A stretch of 62,222 nt of DNA, filler included, from Fonticula-like sp. SCN 57-25 (lineage: Eukaryota), in assembly GCA_001724245.1 (NCBI GenBank). It is 10 parts of 10 records of this genome, joined end to end, with 100 filler letters (N's around TTAATTAATTAA, not from the genome) between each part and the next. Parts side by side here need not be neighbours in the genome. Positions count along the whole stretch, not along the records: positions 21,628 to 27,475 come from MEDX01000653.1; positions 27,576 to 32,987 come from MEDX01000654.1; 8 more parts are not named here. The stretch is one strand, 5' to 3'. Shown here one piece after another: positions 21,628 through 33,087 of this stretch (within the stretch, counting starts at the first letter, position 1; the number at the start of each line of letters is the position of its first letter). The notes under the pieces are model-generated. The model worked only from the letters and a program-made list of their open reading frames with translations, was not told the DNA's origin and ran no database searches. The position numbers and the translations under genes are program-made.

Positions 21628-23049
21628 GAATGATCCCGCTCTCAAGCAGAGCGTCAAGCTGACCGCGTGTCACCGCGCCGACGGGCCGCTTGAGGCGCCC
21701 ACCGACGGCTCGCACGAGTTTCTTCTTTTTCCCGACCGCGTTCGGATAAGATCGGTGAAAAACATCGGCGCCCTCATCGCCTACTTAAAACAAGATCCCG
21801 CCGGTACGCATTCGGCTCGTTTTTCACGCTTTTTTGACACGTTTTTCGCTCATTTTTGCTCTTTTCCTGCCTTTTTGTGCATTTTTAATAGGCCCCGCTA
21901 TCTCCACTGAGCCGCTTGAAGGCGAGACGCACGTCTTTGTGTGCTCGCACGGCACACGCGACTCGCGGTGCGGCACGCAGGGCGGCGCCGTATTATCCGC
22001 CCTCGTGGCCACGTGTAAAGAGCTGCGGGCCAATCAGCGTGCGTCGGCAACCGTGTGGGGCGCCAGCCACGTGGGCGGCCACGCCTACGCCGGTAATGTC
22101 CTGTACGCACTTTTATCTGGGCTATAGTATAGTAGGATTATATGTGCTTTCCATGGATTCTTCTTGGTATATTCTTGACTATATCTGCTCCTCATTGGCC
22201 CATTTCCCATTTTCTTTCCTCCCATTGGCCCATTCTTCATTTCCTCCTTTCTGATTGGCTCCCAGTGTGTACCCCCAAGGCGACTGGTACGGCTTTGTCG
22301 GCCCCTCTGACGCCCCGCCCCTTCTTTCCGCCGTACTGAGCGGCCACGTGGTGGCTGACAAGTGGCGTGGTCGCATGGGAATGTCACAAGAAGATCAAGT
22401 GCGATATGCTGAAGCGCGATTGGACGGCGGCAAAGCAAAAGACACTGAAGCAACGTACGCCTATTGTCATTGATTATACATTGATATATGAGGCATCTGT
22501 ATGACATATTGGTATATGTATTGGTATATGTTATGATATCAGTGATGATATATGGCTATATGTGATGATATCTGATCAGTGTGTTTATATGGTGATATCA
22601 GTGATGATATCTGTATGATACAACTGTCTATCTGTATGTCTATCTATATGACAGTGTCTATTGTCTATCTGCATGTCTATTTGTATATATGTTTTTCTTA
22701 TCTCTTTCTATACCTTATCTAACCATCCTATTATAGAGTGCCACTTGTTGTCAATGATGAAGGCGCCCGCCGCTCCCTTGCGCTTCCCGCCCGCCCCGGC
22801 GAAACACTCCGCGAGTCACTCCAGCGCGGCGGCGTCGACATTGAGGCAGCATGTGGCGGCAATATGGAATGTACAACATGTCACGTGATCATTGATCCGG
22901 ATTGGTGGAACCGGATCGAGCCACCAAAGGAGGAGGAGATGGACATGCTGGATATTGCGATGGGCGTCGAGGACACGTCGAGGCTGTCGTGCCAGGTAAA
23001 GATCGACGAAAAGATGGCGGGGATGAAAGTGAAAGTGCCGCCAACATAA
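21628..23049 (+). CDS. Apd1/Aim32-type (sucrase/ferredoxin-like) protein fused to an adrenodoxin-type 2Fe-2S ferredoxin; 5'-truncated
   Basis: CSHGTRDSRCG (C-x8-C), SHVGGHAYAGN and YPQGDWYG. Intron 22455-22736 joins in phase to ACGGNMECTTCHV...EEMDMLD...SRLSCQ. Confidence 0.8.
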
Positions 23050-23502
23050 CGATTTTGCTTAATTGGGAGAGATAAGGAGCATATATGGGGATGAATATTG
23101 GGTCGATTTTGGTCATGGGATGATGATCATGATGAATGATAGATGGATGTGGCTGAGTGTATGAATAAAGGAGGCGATGAATAGCAGTGGAATGGTTCAT
23201 ATTTGATATAGAATGATACTACATGTATACTTTTGTATGTGGATCGCCTGTCTCAGATCCCGCGTGGCATCGTGTCAGCAAAAAATTCGAATAACGTTCG
23301 AGCGCTGATCGAGTGTTTACTGAACAATATGTGGCGCATTTCTCGCCTTGCAAATAAGAATTATAGAAATAATATCTAATGGTGTGATATTGTGTGAATC
23401 TACATCGAAAAGTACATGGAGCTCAATGACAGAGAAGAGAGGGGGATGCAGCAATGGCGACGAATGGCAACGAGGAAAGATGCGTCAAAAAGGCCGTCCG
23501 CC

Positions 23503-23945
23503 TCAGCGCCGTGGCTGTGGTCGAGAGGACGACGACGATGAGGACGATGATGCTCGCCCGCTACTTTTAGCCGCGGCGTTCATTTCTTGCTTGATCGAAT
23601 TCGCAAAAGTCGATGCAAACGTGCTCGCTCGACCTGCGACATCCTTGAGCGCTTCCGACTTGGCCAGCTTGTCCACATTCTCGTTCACAAGCTTGGTGCC
23701 TAGCAAGCAAAGGAGCTGTCAGCGAATGCGTACGAGAACAACAGAGAAATGCATACCCTGCTGCTGGAGGTTGGTGACCTTGCGGTGCGTGTGGACGGCA
23801 AACATCTGGAACCAGCGGCTGTTGGCGAGCTAAAAGAAAGAAAAAAAGCATATTAGCAAAATAAAATAAGATAAAGTAAACGCACCGTGCCAACGACCGC
23901 CTTGTCCACCCAGAACATCAAGAGGCGCTGAATAAAGTTGCTCAT
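23503..23945 (-). CDS. Small conserved protein, NCBP2AS2-like
   Basis: Three exons giving MSNFIQRLLMFWVDKAVVG..LANSRWFQMFAVHTHRKV...; resembles the 'LANS.FQ.FAV' family of small proteins. Confidence 0.55.
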
Positions 23946-24085
23946 GTTGAACGCTCCACGCGACGATCCCCGGCGAAACGTGTGATGACGAGAATGATCC
24001 AGACGGAATTGATTTTTCCACCAATCATCACCGCGTCATCTCCTCATCAACCAATCAGAACGCAGATAATTCCCCCATTAATTCA

Positions 24086-24946
24086 ATGGCCCACAGCCGG
24101 TACGCCCCGACGCGCCCGCCATGCGCTCGCTAACGCCGCCCGCCTTGACGCAGAGAGCGCCGCCGCTCGCGCTCGCGGTCCCGCAGCCGCGACCGCCGCC
24201 GTTCGCGGTCCCGCAGCCGCGATCTCCGCCGGTCTCGGTCGCGGTCACATGATCGCCGCCGCGAACGCTCCCCTGATCGCCGCCGGGATCGCTCGCAAGA
24301 TCGCCGCCGTGACGCGCGCTCGCCGCCGCGCGATGCCCCCCCGCGCCGCCCTCGCTCCCCCCCCGCTCTTCGCCGCGCGCGCGAAGAGGTAGACGAGAGC
24401 CAGTACGTCTACGGCCGCCCCGCTGATCCCTTTGATCCCTCTGCCGATCCCTCTGCCGATGCCGCGCCCGCCGCGCCCAAAGAAAGCAGCAATTTCGGCC
24501 TTTCCGGCCGCCTCGCCGCCGAGACGAACACCTTCAACGGCGTCGTCCTCAAGTACTCTGAGCCCGCCGAGGCGCGCATCCCCTCGCGCAAGTGGCGCTT
24601 TTACGTGTTCAAGAACGGCGATCACGTCGACGTTCTGCATCTGCATCGCCAGAGCGGCTACCTGCTCGGCAAGGAGCGCCTCGTGGCGGACATTCCGCTC
24701 GACCACCCGTCGTGCTCCAAGCAGCACGCGGCGGTGCAGTTCCGGCTTGTCGAAGTCAAGGATGCGCGCGGGCAGATGGTGCCGACCGTCAAGCCTTATC
24801 TCATGGATCTCGCGAGCACCAACGGGACATTCATCAACGACATGAAGCTCGAGCCGCAGCGGTACTATGAGCTCAAGGAGCAGGACAGAGTCACATTTGG
24901 GTCGTCATCAAGGGCATACGTGCTCATGCACGAGGACATGATCTAA
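24086..24946 (+). CDS. SNIP1: RS-rich FHA protein SNIP1/Pml1/DAWDLE (RES complex)
   Basis: RS repeats, NFGLSGRLAAETN, KYSEPAEAR, HPSCSKQHAAVQFR, VKPYLMDLASTNGTF, FGSSSR. Confidence 0.92.
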
Positions 24947-25324
24947 GGAAGAAATGAGGACATGAGGGAGGAAGAAGTGTATCAATAGTAGACTAATGGA
25001 AACATATGGACGAAAGTGCAGTAGAGAAAAGGAAAGGAAAAGAAAAAGTATAGAGAAAGAAAGGAAAGGGTAATATAAAGTGTATTGCTCTTCATATTCA
25101 AACTCATGTACTGTTCAAATACTTTCATTAAATGGTCAAAAAGCACTCTATCAGAGTCACACATATGGTCAATCATACTTGATACTGTGTCTGTTGATAT
25201 GATACGGATACTGTGTATATGACACTGTGTGTGTCTATATGACTGTCAATGCCCATGCCCATATGTCCACAGTATTGTAAAATGTCTCTTTATTAAATTA
25301 TCTCTTCACTTTCTCTCTTCACTT

Positions 25325-27453
25325 TCAAGGCCTATCGACGGCATCGTACGCGTTCGCCGCGACATAATCCCCCGCAATCTCCCCCAACAAGAAATCCGGA
25401 ATCCTAAACGCCCTCACCAGCTGCGGCGCCACCTCCCTCACTTCCCCACACAGCCTCACCATCTCCTTCCCAACCATCACCGCCTTTTCCTTTCCAAAGT
25501 ACTGACCACGCAAAAAGCTCGCCGAGCCGTCCATCCTCGCCAGCGCATACAGCGACCGCAGCATACCCAACGGCCCTTTCAGGCTATTTTCCGCCGCCCT
25601 TTCGCGCGCGACAAACTCGGCCAAGACAACATTCTCCACGTGGGCGCGACCCGCCTCTGCCGCCAAAACCGCGCACGTCTGGAAAGCGTCGCCAGGGTTC
25701 ATGCCGCTCGACTTTGCCGCCGCGTACTCTTCATTGAGACGCGCGCACAAGTCAGATTCACGCAGGGTAAAGGCGCGAAGCTGTGCGTCGGGGCACCTCA
25801 AATAAGCCGAATCGCATCTATTTTTAACTTCTTCATCGGTTTTCAGCCCTGCCAACTGAACACGTGACTCATTCGTAGCACTGCCACGCAGCAGCGCACG
25901 GCTCACCTGCTGCAACAGCACGTAATTATCGCCCTCATACGTCAGCTGAATATCGCCGTCCGCCTTGAGCGAGCCAATCCTATTGGACGACTTGAACCCC
26001 TGGCCGCCGCACGCCTCGCGACACGTCTGCAATGTTTCGCTTCCGTGCCACGACGCAACCGCCTTCAATCCAGATATGATCACGTGGAAGCGCTTCATGA
26101 GCGCCATGTCATCCTGAGCAGCCACGTGATCAGATAGGGCGCGCTCGCTGATAAAGAGGTGCGCGTAGGTCGTGGCGAGCAGCGGCATGAGGCGGACTTG
26201 ATGGGTGACGTAATCAAGAATGGGGGTTTCAGCGCCGGGGGGGCCGAATTGGCGGCGCTGCTCGGCGTAGAGGATGGCGGTGGTGAGGCCGACCATGGAG
26301 ATGTTGGTGGAGCCGCGGACAATGCCGACGCGGCCGCTGACCAGATTGGCTAATAGAATAGGAGAAAAGGAGTATGGGGGATGATAATGATATACAATGA
26401 TATACAATGATATACAATGATACACTGTATCATGAACATGGACATGAACATGCATCATCAATGACAGTCATCATCGTGAACATGTATCATGAACATGAAC
26501 ATGCATGGTATCATTAATGACACTCATCATCATCAATGACACTCACAAACAACATCATCATGAACACTCATCGTCATCATGAACATGAACATGCATCATC
26601 ATCAATGACACTCATCATCATGCACATGTATCATGAATATGTATGATGAACAACACTCAACATCAATGACACTCATCATCATGAACACTCATCAATGACA
26701 CTCATCAATGACCATCATGAACATGTATTGTATCATCATCAATGACCATCATGAACATGTATTGTATCATCATCAATGACAGTCATCATGAACAACACTC
26801 ATCAATGACTTGCATCATCATGAACACTCATCATGAACATGTATCAACAATGACACTCATCATCAATGACATCATCATGAACATGAACATGAACACTCAT
26901 CAATGACACTCATCAACACTCTTCAACACCCCTTACCCCTACCCTTTCCCTTTCTCTTCCCTTTACCCTTCTACTTTCGTACCCATTGAAGCACCAAACC
27001 GCATATCATTATCCTCAATCCACGAACTATAATTCCCCTCCCTATCCACCCTCGCCATCTTATCCAGCAGACACGAACTATAATTCCCCTCCCTATCCAC
27101 CCTCGCCATCTTATCCAGCAGATTCACCCTCGGCACGCGCACGCCGTCAAACCACAGCCGGCCATTATCAATGCCATTCAGGCCCATCTTGTGGCCGCAG
27201 TCCTTGATGCGCACGCCGGGCAGCACGCGGTTGTGGGCGTCGCGAAGGGGGACGAGAATGGCGTGAACGCCATAGTGGACGTCGTCAATGTAGAGCTGGG
27301 CAAAGACAGTGGCCATTTGGGCGTGCTCAAAGCCGCCGCCGATCCAGTATTTTTGGGCGGACTCGGAGGGGGTGTGGATGATCCACTCGTCGCGGGCGCG
27401 GTCGAAGCGCGCGGTCGTTTCAAGGCCGCGGACATTCGAACCGTGGCCGAGTT
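25325..27453 (-). CDS. Peroxisomal acyl-CoA oxidase, 5'-truncated
   Basis: ELGHGSNVRGLET, QKYWIGG, KMGLNGIDNG, RRQFGPP, CREACGGQG, TYEGDNYVLLQQ; one ~630-nt intron. Confidence 0.93.
26370..26930. repeat. Cryptic intronic minisatellite (CATCATGAACA / ATCAATGACACT units)
   Basis: Dozens of shuffled short units inside the acyl-CoA oxidase intron. Confidence 0.85.
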
Positions 27454-27575
27454 CTAGAAGGGGTGAGAAAAGTGGNNNNNNNNNNNNNNNNNNNNNNNNN
27501 NNNNNNNNNNNNNNNNNNNTTAATTAATTAANNNNNNNNNNNNNNNNNNNNNNNNNNNNNNNNNNNNNNNNNNNN

Positions 27576-28569
27576 GAGCCGGCCAAGGCGGCGGTCGTAA
27601 AGTGCGTCGACGCACAGGAGGGTTGCAGCGCCGACATTGTCGTCGCCGACCTGAGGCGGCTGCTCAGTGGGGATACCGTGCGCGCGCTCGAGCGCTTGCA
27701 GCAGCAGCAGCAGTGTACGCAGCTGTTTTTCGCATGTTTTTGATATGTTTTGTGGTTTCTAACGTGTCTTTTTTTCAGTGTCCGCGTCTGGCCTGTCGCT
27801 TGTGCGCTGCCCCTTTTGCGAGTACGCCGAGTGGACGACGGCCGCGGAGCCGACACCGAGCGCCAGCGAGCTGCACGTCGTGCGAACGCTTATGGCGGCG
27901 GGCGTCTTGGGCGCGGTGTTGCTGAGCCTTTTCTTTGGCGACCTTCTCGCGGCGGCCGCCCTCTTTGTGCTTTTCTCGTACATGACCGAGGGCCTGCGCG
28001 ACCTCAAGAAAAAGAAGAAGGAGCGGCCGGTTGAGCGCCGGCCCGACTTTGTGTGCCGCAGCAAGTCGTGCGGGCGTGTGTCGTGCCGCGAGTGCCGCGC
28101 AGAGTGCCACGCGCCCGAGCCGTGCCGGGACACGGCGCCCGTGTGCGAGGGGACGCTCGACGGGCTGCGGCTGCACGTGCAGGAGGCGATCTCGGCATCG
28201 ATCCTGCGCGTGTGCCCAAAGTGCAACGTTTCGTTCGAGAAGAAGGAGGGCTGCAACAAGGTCGTGTGTCCGTGCGGTATGGCCGTTTGCTACATTTGCC
28301 GCCGCGACGTGAGCGAGGAAAAGTACGAACACTTTTGCCAGCACTTTAAGGACACACCCGGGATGCCGTGCAGGACGTGCACCAAGTGCGAGCTGTTTAG
28401 GGAGACGGACGCGGAGGACGAGGAGCTCGCGCAAAAGGCGGGGCAGGAGGCGTGCGACGAATACGTGCAAAAGTATCCGCAGGTGGCGAGGATGCTGACG
28501 ACATCGCAGGGGAAGAAGGCGCTGCGCGGGATCCTCAACCCGAGGAGATCGCAGTGGCCATTCGGGTAA
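27576..28569 (+). CDS. RBR E3 ubiquitin ligase (RNF216/TRIAD3-like), 3' part
   Basis: CPFCEYA...C....C...SCRECRAECH (IBR); CPKC..FEKKEGCNKVVCPCG..VCYICR (RING2); YEHFCQHF. Confidence 0.88.
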
Positions 28570-29232
28570 TTTGTGTGTACATGGGCGGATAGCGTGAGAG
28601 TTTGTATTTGTAGGAGGATGTTGTATGCTTTAGTGTTCTAGTAGTTGTAGTAATACAGGGTTTGCGCATGACTTGGCATCAGGGGCAGAAGTGAAGTTCG
28701 ATAGCATGGCCAAAGTGAACACATGGCAAAGGCGCGATGGCTTACCATCTCGCCACAGGCGACTTTCACCAACACTTAACCAGCCACGCTCCCTCCCATG
28801 CAATGGCCTCGTCGCGCGCCAAGCCGCCGCCCCTGCCGCCGCCATCTCCCCAGTGTCTATTTTGGGCACTGCTTTGCACCGCCTTGGCATGGGACAGGAA
28901 TGTAAAACTTGAGGGGCACTGCATTACATGAGCTCCTGACCAATCGGAGCAGAGCGTCAGCCATCTTCCCTGGTAAAAAGGAATCTGACTTTTCCACATT
29001 GTTCTGCTGTTGGACGCGCGCGCTACATCGGCACAAGTGTTGTTGCTTTGGAGCGCATTTGAAAGCCGTGAACGGTTGCATTGAGTGAAGGAAGCGGCAC
29101 GGGAAGACGGGCAATTAAACAGTAGTGTTTTGCCTTTTTTCTTTTGCACGCCAGTGATTCGATTCGTGGGTTTGCTTGATCTGTAGCTGCACTTCGACTG
29201 CTAGGTCGCCGACGCCCGCCATCATGTTGCAA

Positions 29233-32190
29233 ATGAAGGGGCTGAAGAAGGAGAAGGGCGTCAATGACTTTGTCATGCTCGAGCCCGTGACGGAGGAGAC
29301 GTTCATGCAGAACCTGCAGGTTCGCTTTGAGGACGACACCATCTACACCTACATTGGCCAGGTGGTCGTCTCGGTGAACCCCTACAAGCAGCTGCCCCTC
29401 TACAACAAGGACTTTATCGAGCTGTACCGCGGCCGCTACAGCTACGAGCTGCCGCCGCACATCTACGCGGTCGCCGCCGACGCGCACCGCGACATGTTTG
29501 CCCGCAAGCGCGATCAGTGCATCATCATTTCTGGCGAGTCTGGCGCCGGCAAGACCGAGGCCTCCAAGCTCATCATGCAGTACATCGCCGCTGTCTCTGG
29601 CCACGGCCGCTCCGAGGTGGAGCGCGTCAAGGACCAGCTCCTCCAGTCGAACCCCGTGCTCGAGGCCTTTGGCAACGCCTGCACGAACCGTAACGACAAC
29701 TCGAGTCGCTTTGGCAAGTACATGGACATTCAGTTCAACCACACTGGCGACCCCGTCGGCGGCCGCGTGACCAACTACCTTCTCGAAAAGTCGCGCGTCG
29801 TCTACCAGACCAAGGGCGAGCGCAACTTCCACGCGTTCTACCAGGTGTTTGCCGGTGGCCTCGTCAAGGGCGCCCCCGAGGACTACCACTACGTCAACCA
29901 GAGCGGCGTCAGCAAGGTCAAGACGATCGACGACAAGAAGGACTTTGAGGTTGTCCGCAGCGCGCTCAAGGTCATTGGCTTTTCGCCGGCCGACATTTCG
30001 GGCCTGTACAACGTCGTGTGCGGCATCCTGAACCTCGGCAACATCGAGTTCACCAAGCAGGGCGACGGCTCCACCGCCGTGAGCTCGCCGTACCTCGAGG
30101 CCGCCGCCGCTTTCCTCGGCACGACGCCCGCCAAGCTGACCTCTGCGTTGACGGAGCGCACTGTCGCCGCCCGCGGCGAGCAGGTCAAGTCCAAGGCGAA
30201 TGTCGAGCAGGCCACGTATGCGCGCGACGCGTACGCCAAGGCGCTGTATGACCGCCTCTTTTCGTGGCTGGTGACGCGCATCAACACGAGCATCCAGTAC
30301 AAGCCCAAGTACGGCGAGGACATGACCGTGATTGGCGTGCTCGACATTTACGGCTTTGAGATCTTTGAGAGCAACAGCTTTGAGCAGTTTTGCATCAACT
30401 ACTGCAACGAAAAGCTGCAGCAGCTCTTCATTGAGCTCACGCTCAAGGCCGAGCAGGAGGAGTACCACCGCGAGGGCATTGCCTGGGAGGAGGTCGAGTT
30501 CTTCAACAACGCCATCATTTGCGAGCTGATTGACTCTTCGACCGGCATGATTGCGCAGCTCGACGAGGAGTGCATGCGCCCCGGCGAGGCGACCGACATG
30601 ACGTACCTCGCCAAGCTCAACAACCGCTTCAAGGGCCACGCGCACTTTGAGTCGCGCGAGCTCAAGGTGAGCGACAAGACGCTGCCGCACGACGCGTTCC
30701 GCCTCAAGCACTACGCCGGCGACGTGCTGTACAACGTCACTGGCTTCCTCGACAAGAACACGGACTCGCTGTTCAAGGACTTGAAGGCCGTGTCGTACCA
30801 CTCGACGCTGCCGGTGCTCAAGGACATGTTCCCCGACGGCGCCGCGATCGACGCCGCGTCCAAGCGCCCCGTCACGGCGGGCATGGGCTTCAAGACGTCG
30901 CTCGCCGAGCTCGTCACCAACCTGCTGTCCAAGAACCCCAACTATGTGCGCTGCGTCAAGCCCAACAGCAAGAAGAGCGCTGGCGTCTTTGAGCAGGAGC
31001 TCGTCAAGCACCAGGTGCGCTACCTCGGTCTGCTCGAGAACGTGCGCGTGCGCCGCGCCGGCTTTGCGTACCGCCAGACGTACGAGCAGTGGTCTGGCCG
31101 CTACAAGATGCTCTCGCCCAAGACGTGGCCGCACTTTAACGGCTCGCCGCTCGAGGCCTCCAAGCACATCATCGAGGCCATGAAGCTGACGCCCGAAGAG
31201 TACCGCCTCGGCAAGACCAAGGTCTTTATCCGCTCGCCCAAGACGCTCTTCCGCATCGAGGAGGAGCGCGACAAGTCGTTTGGCAAGATGGCGCGCATCA
31301 TCCAGCGGGTGTACCGCGGCTGGCGCACGCGCAAGTGGTTCGTGCGCTACAAGGCCGCGCTCCGCATCCAGTGGAAGTTTAAAGAGTACAAGAGCCGCAA
31401 GTTCTTCATCATGGTCGGCCGCACGTACCAGGACATTGCCAAGAAGCCCGACTATGGCAAGGCCATCATGCCGCCGACGCCGCCGCCGGCGCTCGCGCGC
31501 TTTGCCGGTTTCCTGCGCAAGATGCACCTCAACTGGCGCGCGCGCCAGATTATCACCAAGCTGTCGGCCGATCGCCAGCAGTTTATCCGCCGCAAGATCT
31601 TTACGTCGGGCATCTTTTACGGCAAGAAGCCGTACAACCTGAACGCGCCGGTCAAGACCAACTTTATCCCCGACGCGCAGCAGGCGGCCTTCAAGGCGGC
31701 CGAGCCGCGCATCCTCGCCGTCGACCAGGAAAAGAGCGTGCTGTTTGCGACGCCCGTCACAAAGATCAACAGGAAAGGCAAGCCGCAGCCGCGCGCGCTC
31801 GTCCTCACTGAAGGCAACCTCTTCCGCCTCGACCCGCGCTCGTTCAAGGTGCTCAAGCAGTACCCGCTCACGGCCGTCTCGGGCATCTCGATGTTTAGCA
31901 CGCGCGACTCGGTCGTGATTGTCCACCTCAACCTCGAGGCCGACATTGTCGTCGACTTGGCCGCGGCCGGCACGCCCGACGCGCTCGCCGACTTTGTTGT
32001 CGAGCTGCTGCGCGCCATCACAAAGGCGGGTCTCAAGGCGCCGCCGGTCAAGGTCGAAAAGTCGGTTTCGGCAAAGGCGTACGCGGCAAACAAGACGGTG
32101 ACTGTGGCGAGCGACCCGAAGGCGACGGCGGATAAGGCGCTGGTCAAGGCCAGTGGGGCCGCGTGGCAGGTGCTCGTCGCGCAGGTATAG
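29233..32190 (+). CDS. Short-tailed class I myosin (motor, IQ, TH1), intronless
   Basis: GESGAGKT, NDNSSRFGKY, LDIYGFE, YVRCVKPN, IQ motifs, TH1 (KINRKGKPQPR). Confidence 0.95.
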   Translation: MKGLKKEKGVNDFVMLEPVTEETFMQNLQVRFEDDTIYTYIGQVVVSVNPYKQLPLYNKDFIELYRGRYSYELPPHIYAVAADAHRDMFARKRDQCIIISGESGAGKTEASKLIMQYIAAVSGHGRSEVERVKDQLLQSNPVLEAFGNACTNRNDNSSRFGKYMDIQFNHTGDPVGGRVTNYLLEKSRVVYQTKGERNFHAFYQVFAGGLVKGAPEDYHYVNQSGVSKVKTIDDKKDFEVVRSALKVIGFSPADISGLYNVVCGILNLGNIEFTKQGDGSTAVSSPYLEAAAAFLGTTPAKLTSALTERTVAARGEQVKSKANVEQATYARDAYAKALYDRLFSWLVTRINTSIQYKPKYGEDMTVIGVLDIYGFEIFESNSFEQFCINYCNEKLQQLFIELTLKAEQEEYHREGIAWEEVEFFNNAIICELIDSSTGMIAQLDEECMRPGEATDMTYLAKLNNRFKGHAHFESRELKVSDKTLPHDAFRLKHYAGDVLYNVTGFLDKNTDSLFKDLKAVSYHSTLPVLKDMFPDGAAIDAASKRPVTAGMGFKTSLAELVTNLLSKNPNYVRCVKPNSKKSAGVFEQELVKHQVRYLGLLENVRVRRAGFAYRQTYEQWSGRYKMLSPKTWPHFNGSPLEASKHIIEAMKLTPEEYRLGKTKVFIRSPKTLFRIEEERDKSFGKMARIIQRVYRGWRTRKWFVRYKAALRIQWKFKEYKSRKFFIMVGRTYQDIAKKPDYGKAIMPPTPPPALARFAGFLRKMHLNWRARQIITKLSADRQQFIRRKIFTSGIFYGKKPYNLNAPVKTNFIPDAQQAAFKAAEPRILAVDQEKSVLFATPVTKINRKGKPQPRALVLTEGNLFRLDPRSFKVLKQYPLTAVSGISMFSTRDSVVIVHLNLEADIVVDLAAAGTPDALADFVVELLRAITKAGLKAPPVKVEKSVSAKAYAANKTVTVASDPKATADKALVKASGAAWQVLVAQV

Positions 32191-32569
32191 TTGAGATGAG
32201 GCTATGTTTTTTTGCTTTTTTGCTTTTTTTTTGTTAGAAAGACATTGCTAGATGTGCCTTTGGATCCGTTTTGATTATTTTTCGCCGTCTGATTTCGATT
32301 TTTTGAATACACATACGCTGCCAACGATGCTTTTTTGGGGACAATATGGGGTAATGTCAGGTAGAGTAGTAGTACATTAAAGTGCGTCATCACTCGCTTG
32401 ATCAAATAAGAAAATTGGGAAAATCATCTTCAAAAACACGTCCATATGGACTGCACCAACGTACCATACTACATGAACAGTAATATAATATGATGACATA
32501 TTAACACACCATACCATACTTTAACACAGTATTCCGTATCATATTAACACAGTTTTCCATGTTCCATAT

Positions 32570-32987
32570 TTACATTTCATCGTTCAAAACAGCCCTTCCG
32601 ACAACAGAAGTACTTGCATACACCTTCTCCCCTTTCACCCCCCCATTATGCATCCTATCCCACTCCCTATAACTCTCGCCCCCCCCCAGCACCCTCTCCG
32701 CCTCCTCCACCACCCACTCTGGCCTCGCCTGCCCGCCCGCCTCGACCGCGTCCGCCAACCGCCTCGCAATCCCATAATCCCTTTCCGTAAAAAAGGACGT
32801 CGCCCTTCCCGCCCGCCCCGCCCTTCCGGTCCGACCGACGCGGTGAATATACGTGTCAATGTCGCTGGGAAGGTCGTAATTGATCACGTGACTCACGTGC
32901 GCGATGTCGAGGCCGCGCGCGGCGACGTTTGTCGTGACGAGCACTGTTGTTGCGCCGCTGCGAAAGGCGGCGATTGTGCGGTTGCGC
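32570..32987 (-). CDS. DEAD-box helicase C-terminus (Ded1/Vasa-like)
   Basis: [29 protein letters not shown]. Confidence 0.9.
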
Positions 32988-33087
32988 NNNNNNNNNNNNN
33001 NNNNNNNNNNNNNNNNNNNNNNNNNNNNNNNTTAATTAATTAANNNNNNNNNNNNNNNNNNNNNNNNNNNNNNNNNNNNNNNNNNNN

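Noticed and set aside
29023-31926. 967-aa antisense ORF (likewise 5577-7139, 37177-38181, 40676-41968)
   Set aside because: Shadow frames of high-GC genes, with no motifs of their own.
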